Made by a program: the position numbers and the translations under genes
Part shown: one piece after another, positions 30,434-40,583 of the stretch
Layout: each line of letters opens with the position of its first letter
Position numbering within the stretch: the stretch's first letter is position 1
The notes under the pieces: model-generated
What the model saw: the letters and a program-made list of their open reading frames with translations, nothing else
What the model was told of the DNA's origin: nothing
Databases searched by the model: none
Assembly (NCBI GenBank): GCA_963666055.2
Contig: CAXWPH010000015.1
Location: 1,120,001-1,184,000 of the forward strand
DNA from: Acidobacteriota bacterium
GTDB lineage: Bacteria; Acidobacteriota; UBA890; WLXD01
Reading direction: 5' to 3'
Length of the DNA: 64,000 bases

Positions 30434-30712
30434 GGAGCCCCTCTGTGTTGCGGGAGAGAATCGCCGGCCGATTGGGGCAGCCGCGAAAGGCACGCATGGT
30501 ATCGTGCCGCGCCGCCGCCAGTGCCTCCCGAGGGGGGCGGTGTTGGTGTACCGCGCTCCCTTGCGGCTATCGTTCGGCGTGCACTAGCGTGCATCATCTG
30601 CGGCAGCTGCGGCCATCACCGCGCCGGCCGGGCTCCACCGGAGGTTTCATGCACACGCCGCATCGACCCACCCGTCAGCGGCTCGCGCTGACCTTCGTGC
30701 GGTGGTAGCTCG

Positions 30713-33631
30713 GTGAACGTCGACGAGGCGCCCGTGAGCTTTGATGCTGGGGTCGTGCAAGACGAGCTCCGCCACGCTATCCGCGGCGAGGTGCTCACCG
30801 ACGAGGTTTCGCTAGGCCTGTACGCTACCGACGCGAGCAACTACCAGATCCTGCCCGTGGTGGTGGTGCTTCCGCGCGACGCCAGCGATGTGGAGAGTGC
30901 GGTGGCGATCGCGGCGCGTCATCGGCTGCCCATCCTCCCGCGTGGGGGTGGTACGAGCCTGGCCGGGCAGACGGTAGCGGCGGCGATGGTGCTCGATTTG
31001 TCGAAGCACATGAACCGCATCCTCGAGCTCGACGTCGAGGCACGGACCGTACGGGTCGAGCCGGGCTTGGTGCGCGACGAGCTCAACGCCGCTGTCGCCG
31101 AGCACGGCCTGCACTTTGCTCCCGACCCGGCGACCGCCAATCGAGCCAACGTCGGCGGCATGATTGGCAATAATTCGTCCGGAACCAAGAGCATCCTCTT
31201 CGGCAAGACCATCGACCACGTCGAAGAGCTGAGAGTGCTGTTAGCCGATGGCACAACCTTGGATCTGCGTCAGCTGTCGTCCGACGAGCTTGCAGCCCGG
31301 ACAGTAGGGAGCGGCCGCGAGGCGGAGATCTACCGTGGTCTGCGACGCATCGTGGCTGACAATCGCGACGAGATTGCGGCGCGCTACCCGAAGGTCATGC
31401 GCCGAGTAGGCGGTTACCCGCTCGACGAGCTGGTCTCGGACGATGGCTGGAACCCGGCCAAGATCCTGGTGGGTAGCGAGGGGACGCTCGCTGTGACGCT
31501 AGAGGCGAAGCTTCGCCTGGAGCCGTTGCCGCGCCACACCTCCATCTGCGTGGCGCACTTTGCCGACCTGCTGGAGACGATACGCGCCGTCGAGCATATC
31601 CTGCCTTTCGGCCCGTCGGCGGTGGAGATCCTCGACCACACCGTGCTTCGGCTGGCGCGCCACAATCGGCAGGCAGCGCAGCTCTGCGACTTCCTGGAAG
31701 GCGATCCAGCGGCGGTGCTCATCGTCGAGTTCTACGGAGACACGGCGGCCGACGTTGCCGATCGGGCTCATCGGATAGCCGCCGACCTGGCCGCCCGCGG
31801 CCTCGGCTACGCCTTCCCGATCTTGCTCGATAGAGCTGGGCAGGCGCGTGTCTGGGAGGTTCGCAAGAGCGGACTCGGTCTGATGCTGGGGATGAAGGGC
31901 GATCGCAAGCCGCTGCCCTTTATCGAGGATGCAGCTGTCCCCATCCCGGTGCTTCCGGAATACATCGCCGGAGTACTCGACATCTGCCGTGGCCTCGGCG
32001 TTGACGCGGCGATGTATGCGCACGCCAGCGTCGGCGTTATCCACGTTCGCCCGATCCTCGACCTGCGGCGCAGCGACGACATCGAGAAGATGCGACAGAT
32101 CGCCGAGCGCACGTTCAAGCTCGTTGTTCGATACGGCGGAGCGTGGTCGGGGGAACACGGCGACGGTCTGGTGCGCAGCCCGTTTAACGAACGCTACTTC
32201 GGGCCTCGACTCTATCGCGCCTTCGGTGAGGTCAAGCAACTCTTCGATCCCCAGAACCTGATGAACCCCGGCAAGATCGTCGATGCGCCGCCGATGCACC
32301 ACAACCTGCGGTACGGCGAGACGTATCGCGTTGACGCGGGCGACTCGGTGTTCCAGTACCGTGCTGACGGCAGCTTCGCGGCTGCGGTCGAGATGTGCAG
32401 CGGCGTCGGCGCCTGTCGTAAGACGCTGGGCGGCACGATGTGCCCCAGCTATATGGCGACGCGCGACGAGGAGCACTCGACACGCGGCCGCGCCAACGCG
32501 CTGCGCCTGGCGATGTCGGGACAGCTCGGTGCCGAGGGGCTCACCAGCCGCCGCCTCCGCGAGGCGCTCGATCTCTGCCTCTCCTGCAAGGCGTGCAAGA
32601 CCGAGTGTCCTTCGAACGTCGATATGGCAACGCTCAAGAGCGAGGTTTTGCAAAAGGTCTATGACCGTCACGGCGCGACGTTGCGCGATCGGCTGATTCG
32701 TGACTCGTCCATGGTGGCGCGCCGGCTCGCTGGCCGCTGGGCGCCGGTGGTGAACTCGTTGCAAGCGAGCTTCGTCTTCCGGTACTTGCTGGAGACCATG
32801 GCCGGCATCGATCGGCGCCGCACGTTGCCCGCACTCGCCGCCGAGCCGTTGCATCGCTGGATGGGTGGGCAGGCAGCAACGGACGGTGGTCGCGAGGTGG
32901 CACTGTTTGCCGACACATACATGGATTGTCACGAGCCCGGCAACGGCAAAGCGGCCGTCGAGTTGCTGACCGCGTGTGGTTATCGGGTCGTGCTGGTGTC
33001 CGGCGGCTGTTGCCAACGTCCGCGCATCTCGCACGGCTTCCTGCGCCTGGCCCGTGAGGACGGCGAAGCTACGCTCCGGCAGCTCGACGCCTACGTCCAG
33101 CGCGGTGTCCCGGTGCTGGTGTGCGAGCCCAGCTGTGCCTCGGCGCTGACCGATGACCTGCCCGATTTGGTTGGCGATCACGAACTGGCGGATCGCGTTG
33201 CCGCCGGCGTGACGATGATCGACGTGTTCCTCGACGCCGAGATCACGGCGGGACGGATCGAGCCCGGTTTCAAGCCGAGCACCGACCGTGTGTTGATCCA
33301 CGGTCACTGTCACCAGAAGGCCCTGTACGGCACCGATGCCATGAAGCGCGTGCTGAGCCAGGTACCGGGACTCGTGGTCGACGAAGTCGACTCCGGGTGC
33401 TGTGGCATGGCCGGCTCCTTCGGTTATGAGAGGGAGCACTACGAGATCTCGCGCAAGATCGGTGAGGATCGGTTGTTCCCGGCGATTCGGGCGCTCGACG
33501 AGGCCACCGAGATCGTCGCCTGCGGGTTCAGTTGCCGTCACCAGATCGAGCACTTCACCGGTCGCCGGGCACGACACTGGGTCGAAGCTGTTCGCGACCA
33601 GCTGCGGTCGCAACCCGTGGCGCGCCTTTGA
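30713..33631 (+). CDS. FAD-linked oxidase fused to an Fe-S/CCG domain (GlcD/GlcF-like D-2-hydroxyacid dehydrogenase)
   Basis: PRGGGTSLAGQ, GGMIGNNSSG, GSEGTL, SGEHGDG, CSGVGAC, CLSCKACKTECP, HGHCHQ, CCGMAGSFG. Confidence 0.95.
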   Translation: MNVDEAPVSFDAGVVQDELRHAIRGEVLTDEVSLGLYATDASNYQILPVVVVLPRDASDVESAVAIAARHRLPILPRGGGTSLAGQTVAAAMVLDLSKHMNRILELDVEARTVRVEPGLVRDELNAAVAEHGLHFAPDPATANRANVGGMIGNNSSGTKSILFGKTIDHVEELRVLLADGTTLDLRQLSSDELAARTVGSGREAEIYRGLRRIVADNRDEIAARYPKVMRRVGGYPLDELVSDDGWNPAKILVGSEGTLAVTLEAKLRLEPLPRHTSICVAHFADLLETIRAVEHILPFGPSAVEILDHTVLRLARHNRQAAQLCDFLEGDPAAVLIVEFYGDTAADVADRAHRIAADLAARGLGYAFPILLDRAGQARVWEVRKSGLGLMLGMKGDRKPLPFIEDAAVPIPVLPEYIAGVLDICRGLGVDAAMYAHASVGVIHVRPILDLRRSDDIEKMRQIAERTFKLVVRYGGAWSGEHGDGLVRSPFNERYFGPRLYRAFGEVKQLFDPQNLMNPGKIVDAPPMHHNLRYGETYRVDAGDSVFQYRADGSFAAAVEMCSGVGACRKTLGGTMCPSYMATRDEEHSTRGRANALRLAMSGQLGAEGLTSRRLREALDLCLSCKACKTECPSNVDMATLKSEVLQKVYDRHGATLRDRLIRDSSMVARRLAGRWAPVVNSLQASFVFRYLLETMAGIDRRRTLPALAAEPLHRWMGGQAATDGGREVALFADTYMDCHEPGNGKAAVELLTACGYRVVLVSGGCCQRPRISHGFLRLAREDGEATLRQLDAYVQRGVPVLVCEPSCASALTDDLPDLVGDHELADRVAAGVTMIDVFLDAEITAGRIEPGFKPSTDRVLIHGHCHQKALYGTDAMKRVLSQVPGLVVDEVDSGCCGMAGSFGYEREHYEISRKIGEDRLFPAIRALDEATEIVACGFSCRHQIEHFTGRRARHWVEAVRDQLRSQPVARL

Positions 33632-33715
33632 CGTCGTCGTTGCGCCGCTAACCCTCCGGCGCTAGAGTCTCGGCTACCAATCGTCCGCGATCGACGGCAG
33701 CCAGGGAGGCGTGCC

Positions 33716-33994
33716 ATGCGCTTCATGATGACCTACCAAATTCCCTCGGACGCCTGGGAGACCGCTGTCGAGCGCTTTCTCGACAACGGTGGTGTGGCTC
33801 CTGATGGGGTGACGATGGTTGATCGCTGGCACGCAGCCGCCGGTCGACACGGCTTCATTCTGCTCGAGACCGACGACCCGACGGCGATTTATCAGTTCGC
33901 GGCCGAGTGGAGCGACGTGTGTGACCTTGCAGTCACGCCGGTGCTCGACGACGACGAGGCAGCGGCGGTGCTCGCGCTACGTGCCGACGACTAG
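33716..33994 (+). CDS. DUF3303-like small protein
   Basis: AVERF...PDGVTMVDRWH...GFILLETDD...W.D...VTPVLDD; GGAGG RBS. Confidence 0.8.
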   Translation: MRFMMTYQIPSDAWETAVERFLDNGGVAPDGVTMVDRWHAAAGRHGFILLETDDPTAIYQFAAEWSDVCDLAVTPVLDDDEAAAVLALRADD

Positions 33995-34018
33995 CAGGAT
34001 TCTGAAGAGTCCTGCTAG
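33991..34018. repeat. 28-bp hairpin made of the outer MITE ends only
   Basis: ctagcaggattc-tgaa-gagtcctgctag, overlapping the TAG stop at 33992-33994. Confidence 0.7.
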
Positions 34019-34136
34019 AGCGACGTCCGCACGGATGCTGTAGCGAACCGATCCTGAGAACGGCATGACCGGGCGGACCGTCATGACGAACCGGTGCGAA
34101 CTCGCCGAATCGGCGACCGGCCGACGGAGGGTTTTC

Positions 34137-34508
34137 ATGGGACGACGGATCGTTGCGGTAGTTGCCGGTGTGCTGGTCTGGGGCGTGCTCTGGGCGTTGG
34201 GCAACCAGGTACTGCTTTCTCGTCTGCCTGACGTGGCGCAAGACCTCGCGGCAATCGGCGAGCATCCGGGCGTGTTGTTCGGGTTGATCGTGTGGAGCGT
34301 CGTGCTGTCGGTCCTGGCCGGCTACGTGACCGCGGCGGTCGCCAGCGTAGAGCGAATGAAGGCCGTGTGGGCGCTGGCGATCTTCCAGCTGGCGCTCGGG
34401 GTGTTCTTCCAGGTCTCCAGTTGGGACGTCATGCCGATCTGGTATCACGTGATCTTCTTGGGGCTGATTGTCCCGGCGACACTGTACGGTGGCCGCATGC
34501 GGTCCTAG
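34137..34508 (+). CDS. Small 4-TM membrane protein
   Basis: GGAGG RBS; four hydrophobic segments; MPIWYH motif. Confidence 0.75.
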   Translation: MGRRIVAVVAGVLVWGVLWALGNQVLLSRLPDVAQDLAAIGEHPGVLFGLIVWSVVLSVLAGYVTAAVASVERMKAVWALAIFQLALGVFFQVSSWDVMPIWYHVIFLGLIVPATLYGGRMRS

Positions 34509-34784
34509 CAGGCCGTGGTGAAAGTGTGGTGGGTCTGGTTACGGCGAGTTGGGGCCAGATGCAAGGCGGCCTGACACAGGCGATGCCCCGGCCATCGTCG
34601 AGGAAGGCCAACGCCGCAAATGGCCCCAAATCGCCGTAACCCTTCGGGCGACAGGGGGTTGCGCGCGCAGGCTGCGTCGTTCCTCGTCAACGATGGGCTA
34701 ACCATCGCCTCCTCCTCTCTCCTTGGCTCCGCCCCGCAAGACCCTGTCGCCAGACCCACCACACTTTCCACCACGGGCTGCTAG
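34505..34784 (-). mobile_element. Full-length MITE, inverted copy of 6471-6749
   Basis: Same TIRs (one end with small changes, ...ccacactttccaccacgggctgctag) and near-identical interior in reverse orientation. Starts on the TAG stop at 34506-34508. Confidence 0.92.
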
Positions 34785-34825
34785 CAGGCGGACTTGCCGC
34801 CATCCACCCGGTGTCGCTAAAGTAG

Positions 34826-34850
34826 TCGATGTCTAGTAACCAGACATCGA
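34826..34850. promoter_or_regulatory. Perfect palindrome immediately upstream of padR (candidate autoregulatory operator)
   Basis: tcgatgtct-agtaacc-agacatcga. Confidence 0.6.
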
Positions 34851-34859
34851 GAGGCAGAC

Positions 34860-35189
34860 ATGGGTGGTGCAGGGTTCCTGGGAGAATTCGAGCATCTGGT
34901 ATTGCTCGCGGTAATGCAGCTCGGCGAGGCGGCGCATGCGATCAGCGTGCGACGCCGCATTGAGAAGCGCGCCGGACGATCGGTGGCGCGCGGTGCGCTG
35001 TACGGGACGCTGGCGCGGCTGGAAGACAAAGGCTTCCTCGACTGGCAGGTCGAGGAGGCGACTCCGGCGCGTGGCGGGATTCCACGGCGACGCTTCACTG
35101 TCACAGACGACGGGCTGGGCGCGCTGCGGATGTCGCAGCGGGCGATCGCTAGCCTCTCGGAAGGCCTCGAGAGCGCGCTCGAGCAATGA
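34860..35189 (+). CDS. PadR-family transcriptional regulator
   Basis: [12 protein letters not shown]...[16 protein letters not shown]...[12 protein letters not shown]. Confidence 0.92.
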   Translation: MGGAGFLGEFEHLVLLAVMQLGEAAHAISVRRRIEKRAGRSVARGALYGTLARLEDKGFLDWQVEEATPARGGIPRRRFTVTDDGLGALRMSQRAIASLSEGLESALEQ

Positions 35190-37898
35190 GCTCACGACGT
35201 CGCCCAGCCGACGCTTCACCGCCGCGGATTGCCGAGGCTTGGCTGCTGCGGCGACTCGCCGCATCTCCGGCGGCGCAGGTCGTCATCGGCGATCTTCGCG
35301 AGGAGTACGTTGAGCTGCGCGCACGTCGCTCGCCGCTTGTCGCCGGGCTCTGGTACTGGGTGCAAGCGTTGCGCCTGGCGTTCTCGCGTCGCGCCGGCGC
35401 ACTGCGCCGTCCTCCTGTCACTCGAACCGGATCCCCGCATCGGTTGGGCTACGTCGAGATGATCACGTCGATTCTGCAAGACCTACGCTACGGACTGCGA
35501 GCGCTGGCCAAGAGCCCGGCGTTCACCATTGCCGCGGTGTTGACGCTGGCGCTGGGAATTGGTGCCAACGCTGCCATCTTCAGCATCGTCAACGCGGTGC
35601 TACTCCGGCCGCTGCCGTTCCCGCAGCCCGATCGGCTGGTGCGGATCTACTTCGGCCTATCCGGAGCGTGACTCGTGGGGCGGCAACGTCTCGCCCGACG
35701 ATCTGCGCGACTGGCGCGAGCAAGGCTCCTCGTTCGAGCAGATCTCCGCTTTCCCCTACGTCTCGCTCGCCGGCTTCGTGTTGACGGGTGGAGATCGGCC
35801 CGAGTCGTTACAGGCGCACTTCGTTGAGGAGATGTTCTTCGAGACGCTCGGTACGCCGCCGTTGCGCGGGCGCACGCTGCAGCTCGGCGACCACGTGGAC
35901 GGCAAGAATGCCGTCGCCGTGCTGTCGTATCGGAGCTGGCAGGGGCGTTTCCACGGCGATGTATCCATCGTTGGGGCGACGATTACGCTGAGCGACAGCC
36001 CCTTCACAGTCATCGGTATCATGCCGCCGGGCTTCGATTACCCGTCGGCAGATGCGGAGATCTGGGTGCCCTTGTCGCTCATTCCGGAGAGGGGCATCCC
36101 CCGCCAGCGCGGCGTTCGCTTCCTCGCCGCGGTCGGCCGTATGAGTCCTGGAGTGAGCCTCGCGGCGGCGCAGGCCGAGCTCACGACGGTGGCGCGCCGC
36201 CTGGCGGCCGAGTACCCGGAATCCAACGATCAGCTCACCGAGGTGCGGCTCGTGCCGCTGCATGATCAACTGACGGCGGGCGCCCGAGCCGGCTTGCTGA
36301 TGCTTCTCGGTGCGGTGGGCACGGTGCTGCTGATCTGCTGCGCTAATGTTGCCAACCTGATGCTAGTGTGAGCGCAGGCGCGCACGCGGGAGTTCGCCGT
36401 GCGCGCGGCGCTGGGCGCCAGTCGAACTCGCCTGGCCCGGCAGCTGCTGACCGAGGCGGTGCTGCTAGCGGCGGTCGGGGGCGCGGCTGGCACGGCACTG
36501 GGCTCACTGGTGCTGCGTTAGCTCATAGCCGTGGCGCCGGCGGCGGTTCCGCGGCTCCGTGAGGTGGGTCTCGATCCGGCGACGCTGCTTTTTACCTCGC
36601 TGGTGTCCTTGGCTACGGGGGCGCTGTTCGGACTCGCCCCCGCCTGGCGCGCCTGGCGGGGCGATCTTCAGGCCGAGATCCGCATGGCGGGCGGCAGCGG
36701 CGCGGAGACCCGCGGCCACAGCCGCATGCGCGGCGCGCTCATCGTCGCCGAAGCGGCGCTCGTGGTGGTTCTGGCGATCGGAGCCGGCCTACTGCTCCGT
36801 AGCCTCGACAATCTGCTCAGCGTCGACCCGGGTTTCGACGCCGAGCGTGCTGTATCGATGCAGGTAACGGTGCCCGGCTACAAGTACACCACCAGCGAGG
36901 AGATCCAGCAGTTCTTCCTCGAGGTGCTCGAGAGCGTTCGCCAGGTTCCCGGCGTAGCCGCCGCGGGTCTCGTGCGACCCATGCCGTTGGCACCAGATAC
37001 GTTCCAGGGGGAGGACTTCCGATTTACCGTGGTCGGGCAACCGCCGCCGGTCGAGGGGCAGGAGCCGGCCGCGGTGCTGCGCTTCGCGTCCGCGGGTGTC
37101 TTCGAAGCCATGGGGGTACCGTGGATCGCCGGGCGTGACTTCACCGCGGCCGATGATCGCTCACTTGACCGGTTGATGGGCGTTATCAACCAGAGTATGG
37201 CCGACCGATTCTGGCCCGACGAGAACCCGGTCGGGCAGCGGATTGCCAACGACTACATCGAGCTCGAGGTCATCGGCGTGGTCGGCGACGTGCGCCAGTC
37301 CAGTCTGGACGAGGAGATCCGCAACGTTGTCTACACCTCGCTCCGGCAAGTCACACGAGTCGGCATGACGCTTGTCGTGCGCACCGAAAGCGATCCTGTG
37401 CCGCTGCTACCGAACATTCACGCGGCAATCTGGGAGATCAACTCGGATCAGACGATCGAGGGTGTTACGACGCTCGGCGGGCTCGTGGGGCGGTCGGTGT
37501 CGCAACCGCGGTTCTCGGCGTTGCTCGTCGGCCTGTTCGCCGGCCTGGCGCTGCTCCTCGCGGGCATTGGCGTATACGGGGTGGTGTCAAACGCGGTGGC
37601 GCAACGGGCTCGCGAGATCGGCATCCGAATGGCGCTCGGTGCTCGCGGTATCGACGTCGCGCGCTGGGTAGTTGGACAGGGTATGGCATGGGTCGGTCTC
37701 GGGATCGTCCTCGGCCTGGTGGCTTCGATGGGCCTCAGCCGGCTGGTTTCGTCGCTGCTGTTCGGTGTGGGCGCCATGGATCCGCTGACCTATTCCGGAG
37801 CAGCGGCGGTTCTCGGCACCGTCGCCCTGATCGCGAGCCTGCTGCCTGCCCGGCGCGCTATCGCCTTGGATCCGGTCAAGTCTCTGCGAGCCGAATAG
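35186..37898 (+). pseudogene. ADOP-family ABC permease pseudogene
   Basis: Intact permease motifs but a frameshift near 35651 and in-frame stops TGA (36369-36371) and TAG (36519-36521). Confidence 0.9.
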
Positions 37899-37920
37899 GA
37901 GAGGCGTTGCTAGTAGTTTT

Positions 37921-40536
37921 TCAGGGCGCCTGTTGGCCCCCTGAGCCGTCGTCATTTCGAGCGTGGCTGAGACCGAACTCAACACGCTGAACGAGCCCGG
38001 CGGCGCCGATCGTGACCGTCGTTGGCCAGCAGTTGACGCCGTAGCGTCCGGAGATCGATCTGTCGGGGTCGGGCACGAGGCGAAGCGTCAGCTCATGCTC
38101 TCGCGCGAAACGGGTCACCTGCTCGGGATCCTCTCCGTCGCCGACCGCGAGAATCACCGGTGCGTCCTCGTCGGCCCGATCGTGCAGGGCTTGCAGCTGC
38201 CGTAACTGAGCCAGGCAAGGTGCCGAGAACCCTTTCCAGAAGCTCAGCAATACGGAGCGGCCGCGCAGCCGTCGCAGGGCAATCGGTTGGTCCCCGATGG
38301 GCTCGATCAGAAAGTCCAGGGCGCGGCGCCCCGGCGTCACCGTCAGGCGCAGCGGGCTGGAGGTCGGTGGTGGTCCGGTGATCGCGTGCTCCTTGAGTGC
38401 CCGTGCCAGCGCGTCTGTATCCAGCGCGCCCGCCTTGTCCCACACGAACTCACCATGGGCGTTCATCAGGAACGTCGCCGGTGCCGTCTCGACGCCGAAG
38501 GCGCGCGACCAGGCGCCGCCGTAGTCCTCGGTGATCTCCAGGGAGGCGGTGAAGCCGCGACCGGGGGAGCCGAGCCCGCGTTCCACCGCCGAGCGCGACT
38601 CGCCAAAGGACCCCGCCGGCATCACCAGGTACATTGCCACGTGAGTATCCTCGCCGACCCCCGCGAAGGCTTCCCCGAGGCCCTCCAGCGGCGCCGACCC
38701 AGGCGCGGCGAAGTGAAACAGCACGTTGGGGCCGGAGCTACCGGCGCGCTTCGAATGGGCGAGCACGTTGACGTGTGCCGTGATCGCCTCGTCGAGGATG
38801 AGTTCGGGCGGCGGATCGGGCAGCCAAATGGGCGCCATGATGGTCTCCCACCACGACGGCATCGCCCACACGAACTCCTTGCCGTTGACTGAGCAGGTCT
38901 CTCCGCCGTCGACGGCCTGCTCGAACCCCGTCTCATGCACCTGCGTGCCGACGACGCGCAGGCAGAGCTTCTTGCCGGTGGGCACGTCCTTCTCGAGCAG
39001 CACGAAACGGTGCTCGTCGGCGTGTACTTTGGTCTCGGCCTCCCACGGGATCCAGGCGTGTCCTTCGGTCCAGGACCATTCGAACCGGTCCGTCGCACCG
39101 GCCGGCACCCAGCTCTGGAGCGCCGTGTAGCCGTCATCGTTGGCTCGCGGCGTGAACTCCACGAACACGTCGGAGCGCCCACCCGCCGTGATATCGCCGT
39201 GCAGGACGATACCGTCGGGAACGATATCGAGCGACGAGTAGCGTGCGGTGGCGCCGTTGTCGAACGACTTGACGATGTCCTGCATCGACACACCGTCGAT
39301 CAGCGCCTCTTTCATCGCCGTCTCCGCCTGGGCGAGCGCCGGGCCTTGCTGTGCCTGTACCGCGCTCTTGACGGTGCCGATGGCCGCCGACGGCAGGCCG
39401 GACACAGAAAGGCCGCCGGCTTGCAACGACACGGTCTGGGTCGCCGCATCCAGGGAGGCGGTGATCGTCTCGGTGATGGTGAAGTTGTAGTTCGGAAGTA
39501 TCGACCCGGTGACCGCGCTTCCCTGCACCGTCACCTTGATCGAGCCCGTCTGCCAGGTAAGAGACACGCTCGAGATCGAGACGTTGTAGGTCACGGTGAA
39601 AACCCACCAGCCGATCTCGTAGGAGACGCTGAACCCGTTGATCGTGTCCTTGAAGCTTTGCATCTCCGACTCGACGTGCTCACGCCTCACGGCCACCCCG
39701 TACTCGTCGCCGGAGCTCAGGAACAAGTTGTTGACGCTGCCGAGCGCGCTCGCCGCCGGCGCCTCACCCCCCAGAGTCACAGGCAGCGCCACGACCTGAT
39801 TCGAGCCGCTTCCGAGCGGCTTGAAGTTGTCGAAAGGAATGTCGTCCGGTACTTCCACGGTGGTCGGCTCGAAGCCGCTCTTCACGACCTTGCGGACCTG
39901 CGTGGTGATCTTGCCAGCGTCCTCGGAGCTGAGGGTGCCGCTGGCGGGGTGAAACTCGATGTCGTTGTCAGAGTCGATGCTGGCCTCGACGACCGTCTTG
40001 CCCTCCACGAGCTTCGTCCCGATGGCAAAGGTGATCCGCACTTCGCCGTGGATGGGATCGGGGAGCGACAGGGTGTCAGGATCCGGAATGTAGTTGGCGC
40101 GCACCGGGTAATGGGCGGTCACGCTGGAGCCGACCCCGCCGGAAAAGCTGAGCTTCGGCGCGCCGAGCTGCACCTGCGCCAGCCCGCGTACCGTTCCCGG
40201 CGTGGTCATCGCGTCCTGCAGATCGTTGATCTCCTTCCACAGGTCGTCCTTGGCTCTGGACGCCCCTGGAGGCTGTTTCTTGGAGCTGCCGCCCGGTTGC
40301 CCGCCGCCACCGGAGCCAAAGCTGCCGAAGATGGAGCTCGAGTTCCAGTCGATGAACTTCGCCAGCAGGACGGATAGCTTGGTGGGGTCGCCGACCCGCA
40401 GCGCGAAGCTGTGCGGGATGCTCGGCGACACCTCGTCGTGGGCGCCGTTCTGATGCACGCTCGCCAGGATCGTGTTGACAGTCTTGACGCGGACGAGTGC
40501 AACGGCGTCGAAGTCGCCCGTGAGTCCGTTGGCCAT
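37921..40536 (-). CDS. 871-aa multidomain protein: beta-rich N-terminal region plus two C-terminal thioredoxin-fold (TlpA/AhpC-TSA-like) domains
   Basis: C-terminal LRRLRGRSVLLSFWKGFSAPCLAQL...DPDRSISGRYGVNCWPTTVTIG. An upstream degenerate copy has WSRAFGVETAPATFLMNAHGEFVW. GAGG RBS; no obvious signal peptide. Confidence 0.8.
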   Translation of the reverse strand: MANGLTGDFDAVALVRVKTVNTILASVHQNGAHDEVSPSIPHSFALRVGDPTKLSVLLAKFIDWNSSSIFGSFGSGGGGQPGGSSKKQPPGASRAKDDLWKEINDLQDAMTTPGTVRGLAQVQLGAPKLSFSGGVGSSVTAHYPVRANYIPDPDTLSLPDPIHGEVRITFAIGTKLVEGKTVVEASIDSDNDIEFHPASGTLSSEDAGKITTQVRKVVKSGFEPTTVEVPDDIPFDNFKPLGSGSNQVVALPVTLGGEAPAASALGSVNNLFLSSGDEYGVAVRREHVESEMQSFKDTINGFSVSYEIGWWVFTVTYNVSISSVSLTWQTGSIKVTVQGSAVTGSILPNYNFTITETITASLDAATQTVSLQAGGLSVSGLPSAAIGTVKSAVQAQQGPALAQAETAMKEALIDGVSMQDIVKSFDNGATARYSSLDIVPDGIVLHGDITAGGRSDVFVEFTPRANDDGYTALQSWVPAGATDRFEWSWTEGHAWIPWEAETKVHADEHRFVLLEKDVPTGKKLCLRVVGTQVHETGFEQAVDGGETCSVNGKEFVWAMPSWWETIMAPIWLPDPPPELILDEAITAHVNVLAHSKRAGSSGPNVLFHFAAPGSAPLEGLGEAFAGVGEDTHVAMYLVMPAGSFGESRSAVERGLGSPGRGFTASLEITEDYGGAWSRAFGVETAPATFLMNAHGEFVWDKAGALDTDALARALKEHAITGPPPTSSPLRLTVTPGRRALDFLIEPIGDQPIALRRLRGRSVLLSFWKGFSAPCLAQLRQLQALHDRADEDAPVILAVGDGEDPEQVTRFAREHELTLRLVPDPDRSISGRYGVNCWPTTVTIGAAGLVQRVEFGLSHARNDDGSGGQQAP

Positions 40537-40583
40537 AGGATTACCTCGTTTTTCGGGCTGCCGGCCTTAGCCGGTACGCGGGC

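Noticed and set aside
31499-33613. 704-aa antisense ORF, and similar ones at 38935-40377, 42252-43568 and 54716-55768
   Set aside because: Shadow frames of well-supported high-GC genes on the opposite strand, with no recognisable motifs.
36369-36521. In-frame TGA and TAG in the ADOP permease as Sec/Pyl recoding
   Set aside because: The TGA aligns with the conserved Arg of LLARA (CGA to TGA), not a Cys, and the gene also has a frameshift. Ordinary pseudogenisation explains it.
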